From Eledone cirrhosa (Eukaryota): a stretch of DNA of 64,000 bases. The position numbers and the translations under genes are program-made. Under the pieces are notes generated by a model that was not told the origin of the DNA, made no database searches, and was given only the letters and a program-made list of their open reading frames with translations. The DNA lies in NCBI GenBank assembly GCA_964016885.1, contig OZ024740.1:308822001-308886000 (forward strand), in the 5' to 3' direction. Shown piece by piece: positions 13,433 through 25,252 of the stretch; the stretch's first letter is position 1, and every line of letters starts with the position of its first letter.

Positions 13433-14041
13433 ACTGAGGTAGATATATTCAACTATATCTTTCTTGCAAATTTGTATCCCTGTATTGAGGTAGATATATT
13501 CAACTATATCTTTCTTGCAAATTTGTATCCCTGTACTAAGGTAGATATATTCAACTATATCTTTCTTGCAAATTTGTATCTCTGTACTGAGGTAGATATA
13601 TTCAACTATATCTTTCCTGCAAATTTGTATCCCTGTATTGAGGTAGATATATTCAACTATATCTTTCTTGCAAATTTGTATCTCTGTACTGAGGTAGATA
13701 TATTCAACTATATCTTTCTTGCAAATTTGTATCTCTGTACTGAGGTAGATATATTCAACTATATCTTTCCTGCAAATTTGTATCACTATACTGAGGTAGA
13801 TATATTCAACTATATCTTTCTTGCAAATTTGTATCTCTGTACTGAGGTAGATATATTCAACTATATCTTTCTTGCAAATTTGTATCACTGTACTGAGGTA
13901 GATATATTCAACTATATCTTTCCTGCAAATTTGTATCTCTGTACTGAGGTAGATATATTCAACTATATCTTTCTTGCAAATTTGTATCTCTGTACTGAGG
14001 TAGATATATTCAACTATATCTTTCCTGCAAATTTGTATCCC
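13433..14041 (+). repeat. 51-bp minisatellite, 12 copies, embedded in a SINE
   Basis: Unit actgaggtagatatattcaactatatctttcttgcaaatttgtatctctgt. Preceded by the SINE body (tttgcctttcat...aagtaccagt) and followed by the SINE tail (tagaaattagtattatta). Confidence 0.95.
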
Positions 14042-14909
14042 ATTGCCAGGGCTAGAAATTAGTATTATTATGCTCTAGTAAAGCAACAGAGTAGCAGCAA
14101 CAATAAAGTGCTTTCTAGTATTTAATTATGTTCTTTTACATTATGAGTTTAGATTTCATCATGAATCAACTTTACCCTTCATTCTTCTGTGATGGGGTTT
14201 GATAAATTAAGGTAATATGGGGTTGATTTAATCAGCTATGTCTCCTGCCCCCAACTGAAAATTTGTGACCTTTTTTTTCAAAATTAACTTTATTCAGTAA
14301 GCTATTCTTGTTTACCCTCACAAGAGTTGCCCATGAGCCTAGTCAAATTAAATCATTATTGTTAGGGTAACCGCTGAATTGTCTATGAAGATATGAGTTC
14401 ACACCCTAGTGTGGGTATTCTAAGACATTTACACTCCATTTGCCAAATTTTCATGCTTAATTAAAGTATTGTTATTATTATTGATGGTGGTGGTGTTGGT
14501 GGAAGTGGTAGTAGTAGTAAATAGTGATGGGATTGGCTCAAAAGGGAATTCATTATTTATCAGAAATTTAAAAAAAAAAAGAAAAACATTTTTAACAATA
14601 ATTAAGAAAAATGTGTGCAGTCTCCTAGACCACAAGCCACTATATTTGGGAACATTTGTGCTGTACCCTAGGCCCCTACTTATATCAGGGAGAATTATTA
14701 TTTTCCCCAGGAGCTCTTACCATATTAAGGAACATCTAAAATGTTCTTCAGAGCTCTTCATATTATATTTCAAATTCTCTCACTTTCTGTCTATATTGTT
14801 TTAACAACAAAACAAAACGTGAAAGCAACCAAAAACATCTTTAAAAAAAATATTTTTAAAGGAGACTTTGCTGTTAACTACTTCTAGTTATTATTGTTAT
14901 TATTATCCT

Positions 14910-15240
14910 ATTGAGGTCAACTTTGCCTTTCATCCTTCCAGGTGTCAATAAAGCAAATACCTGTAATATACTGGGCCATATCAAGCAATTTTACTCCCCC
15001 TCCCTCAAAATGTTTGGCCTTGTGCCAGTGTAAGGTATCATTGAATTAACAAATTCGGTGGAGTGTCAGACAAAATGTCTTGCGGTATTTGCTCTGGCTC
15101 TTTACTATCTAAGTTCAAATCCTGTTGAGGTCAACTTTGCCTTTCATCCTTCTGAGGAAGGGGTCAATAAAATAAAGCATGTATTGAGGTCAATATAATG
15201 AATGACCTTGTGCCTGTTAGAAATTATTATTTTTATTATT
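14910..15240 (+). mobile_element. Tandem copies of a tRNA-headed SINE with Deu/Nin-like central domain
   Basis: gttcaaatcc B box, then gaggtcaactttgcctttcatcctt...aataaa...ggccttgtgcc and a (tta)n tail. Confidence 0.75.
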
Positions 15241-15719
15241 ATTATTGTTTAATTACCAAATGAATGTTCCTAAGTGACTTTCTCTTATGTAGGAGTCAAT
15301 GTCTCCTGTTGAAATGTAACTTTCTTTTTTTTTTTTGTATTCAAATGCTCTCCATCTACTCCAGCTGGCCACCTTGATATATATCAGATGGAAACTTGTG
15401 AATCTCTTGCAGCCTGTTCAATGTAATAAAATTAATTTAAAAAAGCAAAAAACAGCCAACTCTCCCACCCCCTATAATCTTGTGCAATATATCAAACTCT
15501 ACTGTGCCAATGTTGGTCACATTGATGTGTTAGGGACCAATACACTCACCAATAGCATGTTCTACCATTGGGTAGCACCTAATTAATACTAATGCCCTCT
15601 CATAAATGAAATGGTGATAAAACAATCAAATTTAACACCTGCTTCTTGTTTTGTATTTATTCTTATATATTGATTAATTGTTGTTGTTGTTAATTTGTTA
15701 TTGCCATTCCCTATGTATA

Positions 15720-16150
15720 TAAGGATGACTGTATGACAGCTGTGTGTGAAGTGTGATACTACATGGTAGTGAAACATGGGCTGTGACTACAGAGGATATG
15801 TGTAGACTGGAGAGAAATGAAGCTACCATGCTTCGTTGGATGTGCAATGTAAGTGTGAGAGAAAAACAGAGCTTGAATGAGCTGAGGGAGAGGCTGGGTT
15901 TAAGAGGAATCCGGTGATGTGCATGGACAATGATTGCTGAGTAAAGAAATGCTAGAAGATCTCAGTGGAAGGAAGCTGCAATGGACGTAGACCAAGGGAG
16001 ACCGGGGAAGTGGTTGTGAGAGCTGACCTTAAATCACAGACTCCAAGAGGAGATGACGAAGGAATGCAATGAGTTGAGAGATGCTGTACTGAGAAGGACT
16101 TGTCCAACCCATGCAAGCATGGAAAAACAGGCATAAATTGATGATGATGA
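15720..16150 (+). mobile_element. RTE LINE 3' fragment with (GAT)n tail
   Basis: Encodes RLERNEATMLRWMCNV...LRERLG and ends in catgcaagcatggaaaa...gatgatgat. Confidence 0.8.
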
Positions 16151-16700
16151 TAGTTACATTCTGAGTTCAAATCCTGCCAAGGTTATCTTTGCCTTTCATC
16201 CTTACAGCATCGATAAAATAAAGTACTAGTAATGCACTGGGATTGAAATAATCGACTTTCCTCTTCCCCCAAAAATTGTTGGTCTTGTGCCTAAATCAGA
16301 AACCATTATTATTAGTGGTGGATTGGCAGTATCGGTAGAGGGTCGGATGCCATGCTTTCCAGCATAGTTACGTCACTTTATGATCTGAGTTCAAATCCCG
16401 CCGAGGTTGACTTTGCCTTTCATCTTTACGGGGGTCGATAAAATAAAGTACCAGTAATGCACTGTGTAATTGCTGGCCTTGTGCCTAAAGTAGAAACAAT
16501 TATTATTAGTGGTTTTTAATGTAGGTAAAAGTCTGGCTATTATTTATTTGGTGGGAGGGAAATTTGCTTATATTAAGTCAACATTTCCTTTCAACTTTCC
16601 AGGCTCAGTAAAATTAGTACCAAACAAGTACTGGTGTTAATTTAATCAACTGTACACCTCAACAAAAATAAATGTTGACCTTGTGTCTGAATTAGAACTT
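16150..16700 (+). mobile_element. Head-to-tail train of Deu/Nin-like SINEs (full-length copy at ~16317-16507)
   Basis: A box tggcagtatcggtag, B box gagttcaaatcc, central ccgaggttgactttgcctttcatc...gtcgataaaataaagtaccag, and tail agaaacaattattatta. Confidence 0.8.
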
Positions 16701-17129
16701 CTTCTTCTTGGATGTTATTCAACCATCTTGCTCAGGGTCTAGAATTTGTATCTTTATTGTTTACCAACCTGTGTCATCATGATGAGACATCCCCCCCATC
16801 TCTCCTCTTTAACAGCTCCATACTTTCACCCGATTCACCTTTCACTGAGTAAAGGTTCTATATACCTTTCAGATACATAGAACTTCTACCCAAGGAAAAA
16901 GTCTGTGCAATTGCTTGATGATGGTTGAGGGGTTCTCACACATAGCTACTCTAGCCACCCCACTGCCATATGCAGCACTAATATGACTAGAGTTAGTCCT
17001 GTGTATGCGATTAATAATTATATTTGTCATGCTTTTCCAATTTTTGGCAAGGTTTTTCTGACTGGATACCTTTTCTATTACCAACCACTTTACAGCGTGG
17101 ACTGGGTGCATTATTCAGGCCACCAGTAC

Positions 17130-17165
<36 letters not shown>

Positions 17166-17971
17166 ATTAAGTGAGAACAAAGTCTCAAGGCTGTATCATA
17201 TATAAACTTTATTCACATATGACAATTGTTTTCATATTGATCAGCTCAAGGTGCAATTATGGTGACTGGGGCCCAACTCTGCTTCAACAGCTCATCAGAT
17301 TTGGGGTGAAACAAAAATGCAAATAAAAAAATATATATTTGTATATAAAGGGATTTATTGACCCCTTTCCGCAGTTTGAATGTGTTCTGCACATATAAAC
17401 CAACATATCTGATGAACATTCAATGCTGAGTAAGGCTCCAATCATCATGATCACACTTCGAGCTGATTGATATGACTGGAGGGGAAAAACGGGGAAAGAG
17501 AGAGCAAGAGAAGGAGAGATACAGAAAAATGGAGAAAATGAGAGTGGGGGAGAGAGAAATATAGACACAGGGAGAGAGAAAAGAAGAGGGGACACAGAGA
17601 AGAATAAAGAGTCATTGAGGAGGTCATAGAATGTGTGATGAAAGAGCTTTGATGAAATAACTAATAATTGATAATAAAGCTGAAGTGAAAGTCAAATAGC
17701 ACATGCTTTTATTGGCAAAATTGGAAATAAGACTATACACATATATGACCACAAGCACATATATATGAAATAAAATACAGGTATCCACTTTTTGTAAGCA
17801 ACCTCACACTTTTGTATTGTAGGGTGGATATATGTATACAAAAAAGGGGAAGGAAACTTATCAGTTCAGTTGTGTTCTACATAGTCAATGGAACTGTTTA
17901 TCAAAAACGATATGAATTGTGTCACCAAGTAAGATAAATCAGTCCAATATGAGTAATCCACGGAGTAATAT

Positions 17972-18013
<42 letters not shown>

Positions 18014-18018
18014 GAGAA

Positions 18019-18135
18019 GGCGTGTGGCTGAGTGGTTAGAGAATTGGAATCACAATCTTGAGGTTGTGAGTTCGATTCCTGGACCAGGCGATGCGTTATG
18101 TCCTTGAGCAAGACACTTTATTTCACGTTGCTCCT
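18019..18135 (+). mobile_element. tRNA-derived SINE head with CORE-like segment
   Basis: A box tggctgagtgg, B box gttcgattcc, then tgtccttgagcaagacactt. Related copies at 31615-31735(-), 33468(+) and 53045-53181(-). Confidence 0.8.
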
Positions 18136-18243
18136 TCTACCTGGAGTTGCAACCGATAGATAGTACTAGCAACTGGAAAGACCAACGGAAACGTTGTTTC
18201 CTCGGTCCGATTTGACGAATGTCGATCGATCCTTAAAATACAG

Positions 18244-18404
18244 AGAGAGAGAGATGTAAAACCCTGACTGCGGTGCCAAGTGATTTTGGTTTGTGTGTTC
18301 AGCAAGTCTTTTCAAGAGTGTAGTCACAACGACCTTGAAAATACTTGCTGCGCACACAAGCCAAAATTGCTTGGTGCTGCAGTCGGTATTTTACATATCT
18401 CTCT
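18244..18404 (+). repeat. Long imperfect hairpin (52-bp core stem, 17-nt loop)
   Basis: 18265-18316 pairs with 18334-18385 and extends into flanking (AG)n/(CT)n. Confidence 0.85.
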
Positions 18405-18685
18405 ATCTATTCTGCATCTCCCCATGCATCAAGTACTCCCATGATTAGTGGTCTGGTCTCCTCGGTCTCAGCACTACAGACACTCACAATCTCTCTCTCT
18501 CTTTTATATATAAATATGATGGCTGCAATTCGATTTCGAGATTGGCTAGTTGATTTTCGTCGATGCTCAGTCTCCCCAAGGACGTTGTCGCTCTTTCCCT
18601 CCACTAACCCTCTATAGAACAGCAAGGTGGAGTTTCCACTGATCGCATTGACCAATTGGTCGAGGGCTGTAAGCGCCTGAAGATA

Positions 18686-18822
18686 GTAAAGGAAATTTAA
18701 CACCTCGTCCATTTTATTATTATCATTATAGACTGGAATGTCTTCAGGCGCTTACAGCCCCTGAAGACATTCCAGTCTATAATGATAATAATAAAATGGA
18801 CGAGGTGTTAAATTTCCTTTAC
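18686..18822. repeat. Perfect 63-bp inverted repeat with 11-nt spacer
   Basis: 18686-18748 is the exact reverse complement of 18760-18822. Confidence 0.95.
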
Positions 18823-20347
18823 ATTTACTGAGGTGTGACGTGAGCTTCATGATTGATCAGCTCAAGGTTCGATTTGTATATATATATATAAGGAAATGTA
18901 GCGAAAGAAATGTAGTGAAGTGGTAGCGAAGAGTGGATACAGCGATGGATATGTTGTTCATTTGAAAAGATGACAGTTTCTAGAAGTGATAGTTGTTGGC
19001 TTGCTGGGTAATTATGAAGCAGGTAAAAATTGTCCCATATATAAGCGCTGTGTAGAAAATGCTGAAGAATGAACAAGTAAAACATTGTCACTACTTAAAG
19101 AATTTTTTTTAAGAAAATAGCTTACTTTGAAGCTATTGTCGATAAGATAAGAAAATAACAAAGAACCAAATGAATTGTGTGTTATGTTGGTTTGTGTGAT
19201 TGTAGTAGTAATCTAACCAGATGCATGACGTAACCTTTATCGAAGTAGTCCAACCCTGTCGACTGAGTTGGAGTGTTTGGCTAAAAGCTACATCTCTCTA
19301 CTGCTTGAGCAACTCGAAGTATGTCTTCATCTTCCGAGAAACCAGAGTGGAATGACATAGAGAAAAACTTATTTTATTTAACCTCATGTTTGCCAGCCTC
19401 TCCAAACCACTGGGGTCATCACAAGATGAAAAGGAGTTCTGCCATGATGTTTGGAGGTCAAGTTTTTGGTGGCCTCTTAAAAGACTGAATGAAACCCTAT
19501 TGCAGAGTGTCAAATTGCTGCTACCCACACACACATATATATAACAACGAAATAATTCCCCAAGTTCAACAGTTAGTACATTATTTATTTGATTTCATTC
19601 CCTTAGAATATTGCTCACAATATCCTTATAAAGAAATCAGCAGGATCAATAATAAATACAACATATTAAAGAGTTTTAATTACCGATCAATGTATTCATT
19701 AACCGCACGCTCCAGCTGTGATTAAAAAACACATTGATTGGTAATTAAAACTCCTTAATGTGTTATATTTATACACGCGTACGTTTATTTCATATCGAAA
19801 CTGTGACTAAAGACAGAAAGTCAGCTCAACTGTTTAGCTGTGAGTTGATACGAATCTGTGGCTAAAGATAACTGAATCTACACAAATATTGATGACGTAG
19901 AATACACCTCAATTTAAAAATATTGACATTGATTTTATTTGGTAGTTTGGTAAAACACACCTTTAACATATTGGTTCATTGCTTACATGTAAAAATGGTA
20001 AGTCTGTCAGTAATAATGTGTGTAAATAAGATGTTTCATTAATGGATTATTTGTCGTTGTTCTGCAGTCAACTTGCACCAACACAGCGTGATTCATATTA
20101 AAGGTGTAAAAAATAGAATTATGGCAAACATAAATAACTATATTTTGTAATGATAACTTGTAAAACTATAACTAGATAATGAGAGAACCACAATTTAGGT
20201 GACATGTGGTCTGTATTAAGAATATCAAAGTAGATCGAATATTTAATAACTCTTGGGGGTAAAATACTTGGAACTGTTTACCAATCTTTTTGTTACATGT
20301 TAATAATTAACGGAAACTATCTTTGTTATTTGATTTGGTATTATTTT

Positions 20348-20983
20348 AGAACACTCCACTCGATTTCAGTGTGAAAAAAATGTTTCCTCGTTTTTTTTCG
20401 TATGCTCTCAACTAATCTAACCGCCAAGATTCTTGCATTCAACTTTTTTTTTCCTGATAACAGGAGTGGGTGGCAACCCCATCCTCACAATTTCCCTTTC
20501 GGAGTTAAAGGGGGCGAAAAGACCATCGGAGTTTCAGAGATCTTCACACCTCTCACATTTGGTGGGAAATAATTTTCTTTCCTTGTTTTTTTTTCGGATC
20601 TATTAAATGCTTGCAATCGACTTTTTTCCAGGGTTAGGGTTAGGGTTTCCGTTTTTCGGGAAAAAAAAGTCGATTGCAAGCATCTAAAAAGTCCAGAAAA
20701 AAAATCAAGGAAAGATAATTATTTCCCACCAAACGCGAGAGGTGTGTAGATATGCGAAATTCCAATAGTCTTTTCGCACCCTTTCACCCTCCTTTTTCTA
20801 CAAATTTACTCGTAAAAAAAAAAAAGTTTTAGGGAAAACTCCGAGGAAGGGACCACCCCACGCCTCCGTTCTCCTGGGGAAAAATTGATTGCCAGAATCT
20901 TGGAGGTTAGATTAGTTGATAGCTCACGAAAGAAAAAACGAGAAAAAAAATGTTTTTCCCACTGAAATCAAGTGGAGTGTTCT
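20348..20983. mobile_element. Foldback/MITE-like element with long imperfect inverted arms and central (TTAGGG)n
   Basis: Termini agaacactccac...gtggagtgttct. Arms pair nearly to the centre, which reads gggttagggttagggtt (~20630-20648). Confidence 0.85.
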
Positions 20984-21149
20984 TCTATAAATTTACTATA
21001 CAATCATACATCGTAGTTTAGAGAATGGTATAGAATAAAGTTGGTTGATGCCTTCTTGTCATTTATCTCTTCATATCTGAAGTTTTACTTTAATCTTTTC
21101 ACTAACATGTTACCAAACAATTAACCACACAAACATTATTTTCATATAC

Positions 21150-21500
21150 AATCGTGAATACAAGCAGCCGAAATGGGGTTCCTCCGAAGGGTCTTTGGAG
21201 TAACATTACTCAATAGAGTGTGTAGCTCAGAAATCAGAGAGTCATTCCTGGTAGAGCCACTACTTCGAATTGATAGATCACAGCTCCGATACTATGGGCA
21301 CATGGTTAGAATGTCTCAGAAAAAATTGCAAACCCAACCAGCAGGAATCCAAAGGTAGACCCCAAGGAAGATGGTTGGATAACATCCATGAGCTCAGCTG
21401 ATCTCGCTTAGGGATCCAGCCAGATCGGTTGGAGACGTTTGCTTCTGACAGGACCTGCTGGTCAGCCCCATGACCCTCTCTGGAATAAGTGGGAAAAGAA
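21150..21500 (+). mobile_element. 3' fragment of a second RTE family (AAEMGFLRRVFG...SQLRYYGHMVRM)
   Basis: ORF 21173-21358. Related copies at 28320-28640(+), 37230-37550(+), 41995-42210(-), 55660-55880(+) and 62520-62870(-). Confidence 0.8.
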
Positions 21501-22679
21501 GAAGAGAAGAGAATTTTTTTACTTGCAAAATTCTTTTCCACCATTTACCCCAATTTTCAAATGTAATTAGGAAACAACTTATCAGAATTGTATATTTTCT
21601 CCAGATATTTAAATATTAAAATCTATAATCATTAACATCAACTTTCTATATTAACTTTCTATTAATTCAATCTTAATAATTGCAGGTTGAATTAACAGAA
21701 TATGACCTGGAGATATTTAATAAAGACAATGATTCATTGAGGGAGCTACTAAGTCATTGCTTGATCTGGTAGAAACAGTAGTCAAATTTCTTTCATATCA
21801 CATCATCATCATTATCATCATCATTTAATGTCCTTTTTCGCTGCTAGCAAGGATTAGACATGTCACAGATCGGTTAGTACTCAATCGGAGCCCTTTCTGA
21901 CATCCAGGTGGACCACAATCTACCGAGGGCATTTTATCTTGCCCCTTTGTTTTGGCAGGTTTTCTATGGCTGGATGCCCTTCCCATCAGCAACCACTTTA
22001 CAGAGTGTACTGGGTACGTTTATCATGCACGCTCAGGTCTCGAATAATTATTTGGGACCCGAGAGTAGATCACCAATACTAGCTAGAGCTGATACAACTG
22101 GAGAGTTCTCCAGACCCTTTTGTTTTTACTGTGAGGTGCCCTTCCTGTCATCAACCGCCTTACAGGGTGTACTGGGTGTATTTATAGTGGCACTGCAAAG
22201 GTTGTCGTCATTGACTCAACTGAACAGCCCTCTCGAATATGGACAGGGGTGATGGTATGTGTGGGTATTTAAGAGGGTGAGGGATGGTTGATGGGAATGG
22301 AATATCCAGCAGTGTAAAAGGTACTGTGGTGATAACTGCTACTAAGTGGGGTCTATAGCTGGTGTGTCGGGTTTTAGGAGGGACATCTAGAGTAGAATGG
22401 ATGGGTGGGTGGGTGGGTGTTGACCCTGGGTAGTGTGGATATTAGGATTTATGTGGGGGTGAAGGTGACCCTATATAGAGTAGGAATGGGCTGTACAGTG
22501 ATGCTGGGAATGACCACTACAGGGGCTAGGTAGGGATGCAGTAATTGCAAGAATAACTAAGGATGTCAGTGGAGCTGGGAAGGGTGATACATGAATGGGA
22601 CAGGTCAGGTCAAGTTTTAGGCTGGTAGATGGGTTTACATCAGCACAGTGTTGCCTGTCCTCATGGTTCATTGTTACCT

Positions 22680-23140
22680 CTGTTGGGAGGTTCAGTTTCT
22701 TAAGGTCAGCCCCCTCGCTACCTCATTCCATATCTTCCTGGGTCTGTCTTTTCAACAAGTCCCATCCACTGAGATTTTGCCTGCACTTCTTTATATGGCC
22801 ATCAACATCCCTATGCATCACATGTCTGCACCATTTGCAGTCTTCTCTCCTGCACACTACATCCAATTCCTCTTATTCCAAGTTTTTCTCTCAACTCACT
22901 TATGCTGCAACATTCAAGCACACTAACATTTCACATCCATCGAAGCAAGTCTTCTGCAATCAGGGCCCATGTCACACTGCCATATAGCATTGCATTTCAC
23001 ACATAGGTGTCATACAGTCTACCCTTCACTATGAAAGAGAAGCCCTTTGCTGTCAGTAGAAGTACCAACCCCTGAACGTCTTCCAGCCTGTTCTTACTCT
23101 GGCTATCACATTTTTCAAACATACTCTCTCATAACTGATT
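22680..23140 (-). mobile_element. RTE LINE fragment
   Basis: Homologous to 3840-4270 (cctgttcttactctggcta, catcacatgtc motifs). Confidence 0.75.
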
Positions 23141-23347
23141 AGGTCCTTATCTAAAAAAAAAAAAAAGATATGGTCACAGCTGGAAAGTTTTTCATCATGG
23201 GTTTAATCAATCAAGGCTGACGAAAGCTTAAACAACAACAACAACAGCCACCAAGCAATGAAGAATAATGTTTCTGGAGTAGAATATATATATGTAATGT
23301 TACATACGCTGAAGGTGTATCTGTAGTATAAGAGATATATATATATA

Positions 23348-23535
23348 TAATTGTTTCTACTTTCGGCACAAGGCCAGCAATTATCCAGTGCATTACTGGT
23401 ACTTTATTTTATCGACCCCGTAAGGATGAAAGGCAAAGTTAACCTCGGCGGGATTTGAACACAGAATGGCAAGGGCCGTAACTCTATGCGTCAAAGCATG
23501 GCGTCCAACCCTCTACCGACACTGCCAATCCACCG
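23348..23535 (-). mobile_element. Full-length, young-looking Deu/Nin-like SINE
   Basis: Close reverse complement of 16317-16507. Confidence 0.85.
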
Positions 23536-23537
23536 CC

Positions 23538-23763
23538 TTTGGTGGGAAATAATTATCTTTCCTTGTTTTTTTTTTCTGGACTTCTAAGATGCTTGCAATC
23601 GACTTTTTTTCCCGAAAAACGGAAACCCTAACCCTGGAAAAAAGTCGATTGCAAGCATTTAATAGGTCCAGAAAAAAACAAGGAAAGAAAATTATTTCCC
23701 ACCAAATGTGAGAGGTGTGAAGATCTCTGAAACTCCGATGGTCTTTTCGCCCCCTTTCACTCC
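23538..23763 (-). mobile_element. Truncated inverted copy of the telomeric-core foldback element
   Basis: Near-identical to the central part of 20348-20983. Its core reads aaccctaaccct. Confidence 0.85.
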
Positions 23764-23817
23764 AATATATATATCTAATGTTACACAATCTGTAAGTGTA
23801 GCTCTAGTGTTACATAT

Positions 23818-24835
23818 CATGATCATCATTTTACGTCTGCTTTTCCTTGCTTGCAAGGGTGGGACGGGTCAGCACAGCATTTCTCCATTCGTCATGGTCC
23901 TTCATCATATCTCCTGTGAGCTTCAGCGATCTGAGGTCAGCTCTCACCACCTCCACCCATGATTTTCATGGTCTTCCTCTACTGCGTTTTCCTTCCACCG
24001 GGATTTCTTGCCACTTCTTTACCCAGCGGTCATCCTCCATGTGCATCACATGTCCATACCAACACAGTCTTCTTTCCTGCACACTACAGTTTATCCCTCT
24101 TATACACAGTTTCTCTCTCAACTCGTCTATGCTTGGTTGTTCACACACATTGACATTGCACATCCATCGGAGCATGCTTGCTTCATTTCTCTCCAGCCGT
24201 CGCATATCCTCTGCAGTTGCTGCCCATGTCTCACTACCATATATATATAATGTTACAAAATCTGAAAGTGTAGCTGTAGTGTTACATGTATATAATGCTT
24301 CAGAACACCCTCCTCCACTGCTGATTTTATCACCCAGGTAACGGAAAGTGCCTACTATTTCTATAGAACCATCTGAGCAATAGAAGGGGCTAGTATCAAG
24401 CGGGCATTGCTACTTACTGCACCTGAGCATCGGCCACATATAAAACCTACATTCTTATGCCTGTGATTCCACTACATCTTTTATGTACTCATAGCTTGCA
24501 TTTGGGACATAGAATGGAATTTCTACCTACTGCTTTCCTACACACTGAGCAAGGCCATTTCCCAGAGGAAACCTGTGCCCTATTTTCCTTTCTACATACT
24601 AGAACTTTAGTCTTAGACAAGTTAACTTTAAGGCCTTTTGATTCTCAGCCATGCTTTCAGGTTTGAAATTTCTTCTCTAGTTCTGCCATAGATTCAGCTA
24701 TGAGAGTTAGATCATCTCTCATGGGCAGCCAGTCTTAAACTCATCTGTTATAACCTGTAGGGCAATAATACACAGCAGGGGACTAAAGACAGCCTTGGTG
24801 AACACCTACTCTTACACTTAATTCTTCACTAATTT
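23818..24835 (-). mobile_element. Decayed RTE LINE, interrupted
   Basis: ORF 23966-24205 (RRLERNEASMLRWMCNV...RRLCWYGHV...GKRSRGRP) plus a Cys-rich segment at ~24440-24570. Confidence 0.85.
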
Positions 24836-25252
24836 CTACATTTTAAGTATCCTCCATATCTTATACTGTTTCTTTATTATTTCAGAATATCAGATGATTT
24901 TGGCATCAAAGAATTCTTTATATCAGACACATACATGGATCAATATTTATCATCTTTTAAAGACTAAAGGAATATGTTATACAGAAGAGATATAACACTG
25001 TTTACGAAAATCTATAGTAGAATTACTGTGAAATATTTCTTCTGAAGTGAGATTAATAGCAACCTTTCTCTACTTCACTGTATGGAATGTGTTCAAGATG
25101 ATTTGGGATTCTAATTAGACTTGGAAAAATTTACAAAGGAGTTTGCATCATCTTCAGGTCACAGTTAATGAAAATATAGAAGAAATATTTGTTAAGAATA
25201 AATTATAAAAGCCAAGATGAGATAATTATGTTGAGGTGAGAGAACGAACACT

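Noticed and set aside
13433-14041. CRISPR-like regular array with palindromic units
   Set aside because: Units are contiguous with no unique spacers, there are no cas genes, the context is eukaryotic and the unit derives from a SINE.
18019-18090. Possible tRNA gene (A and B boxes)
   Set aside because: It runs directly into a multi-copy SINE body and the acceptor stem is not intact. The same holds for 33468 and 53110-53181.
20630-20648. Telomere or interstitial telomeric fusion site
   Set aside because: Only about three repeats, located at the centre of a dispersed foldback element.
22403-22417. G-quadruplex motif (GGGT)4
   Set aside because: It lies in a degenerate G-rich repeat segment with no evidence of function.
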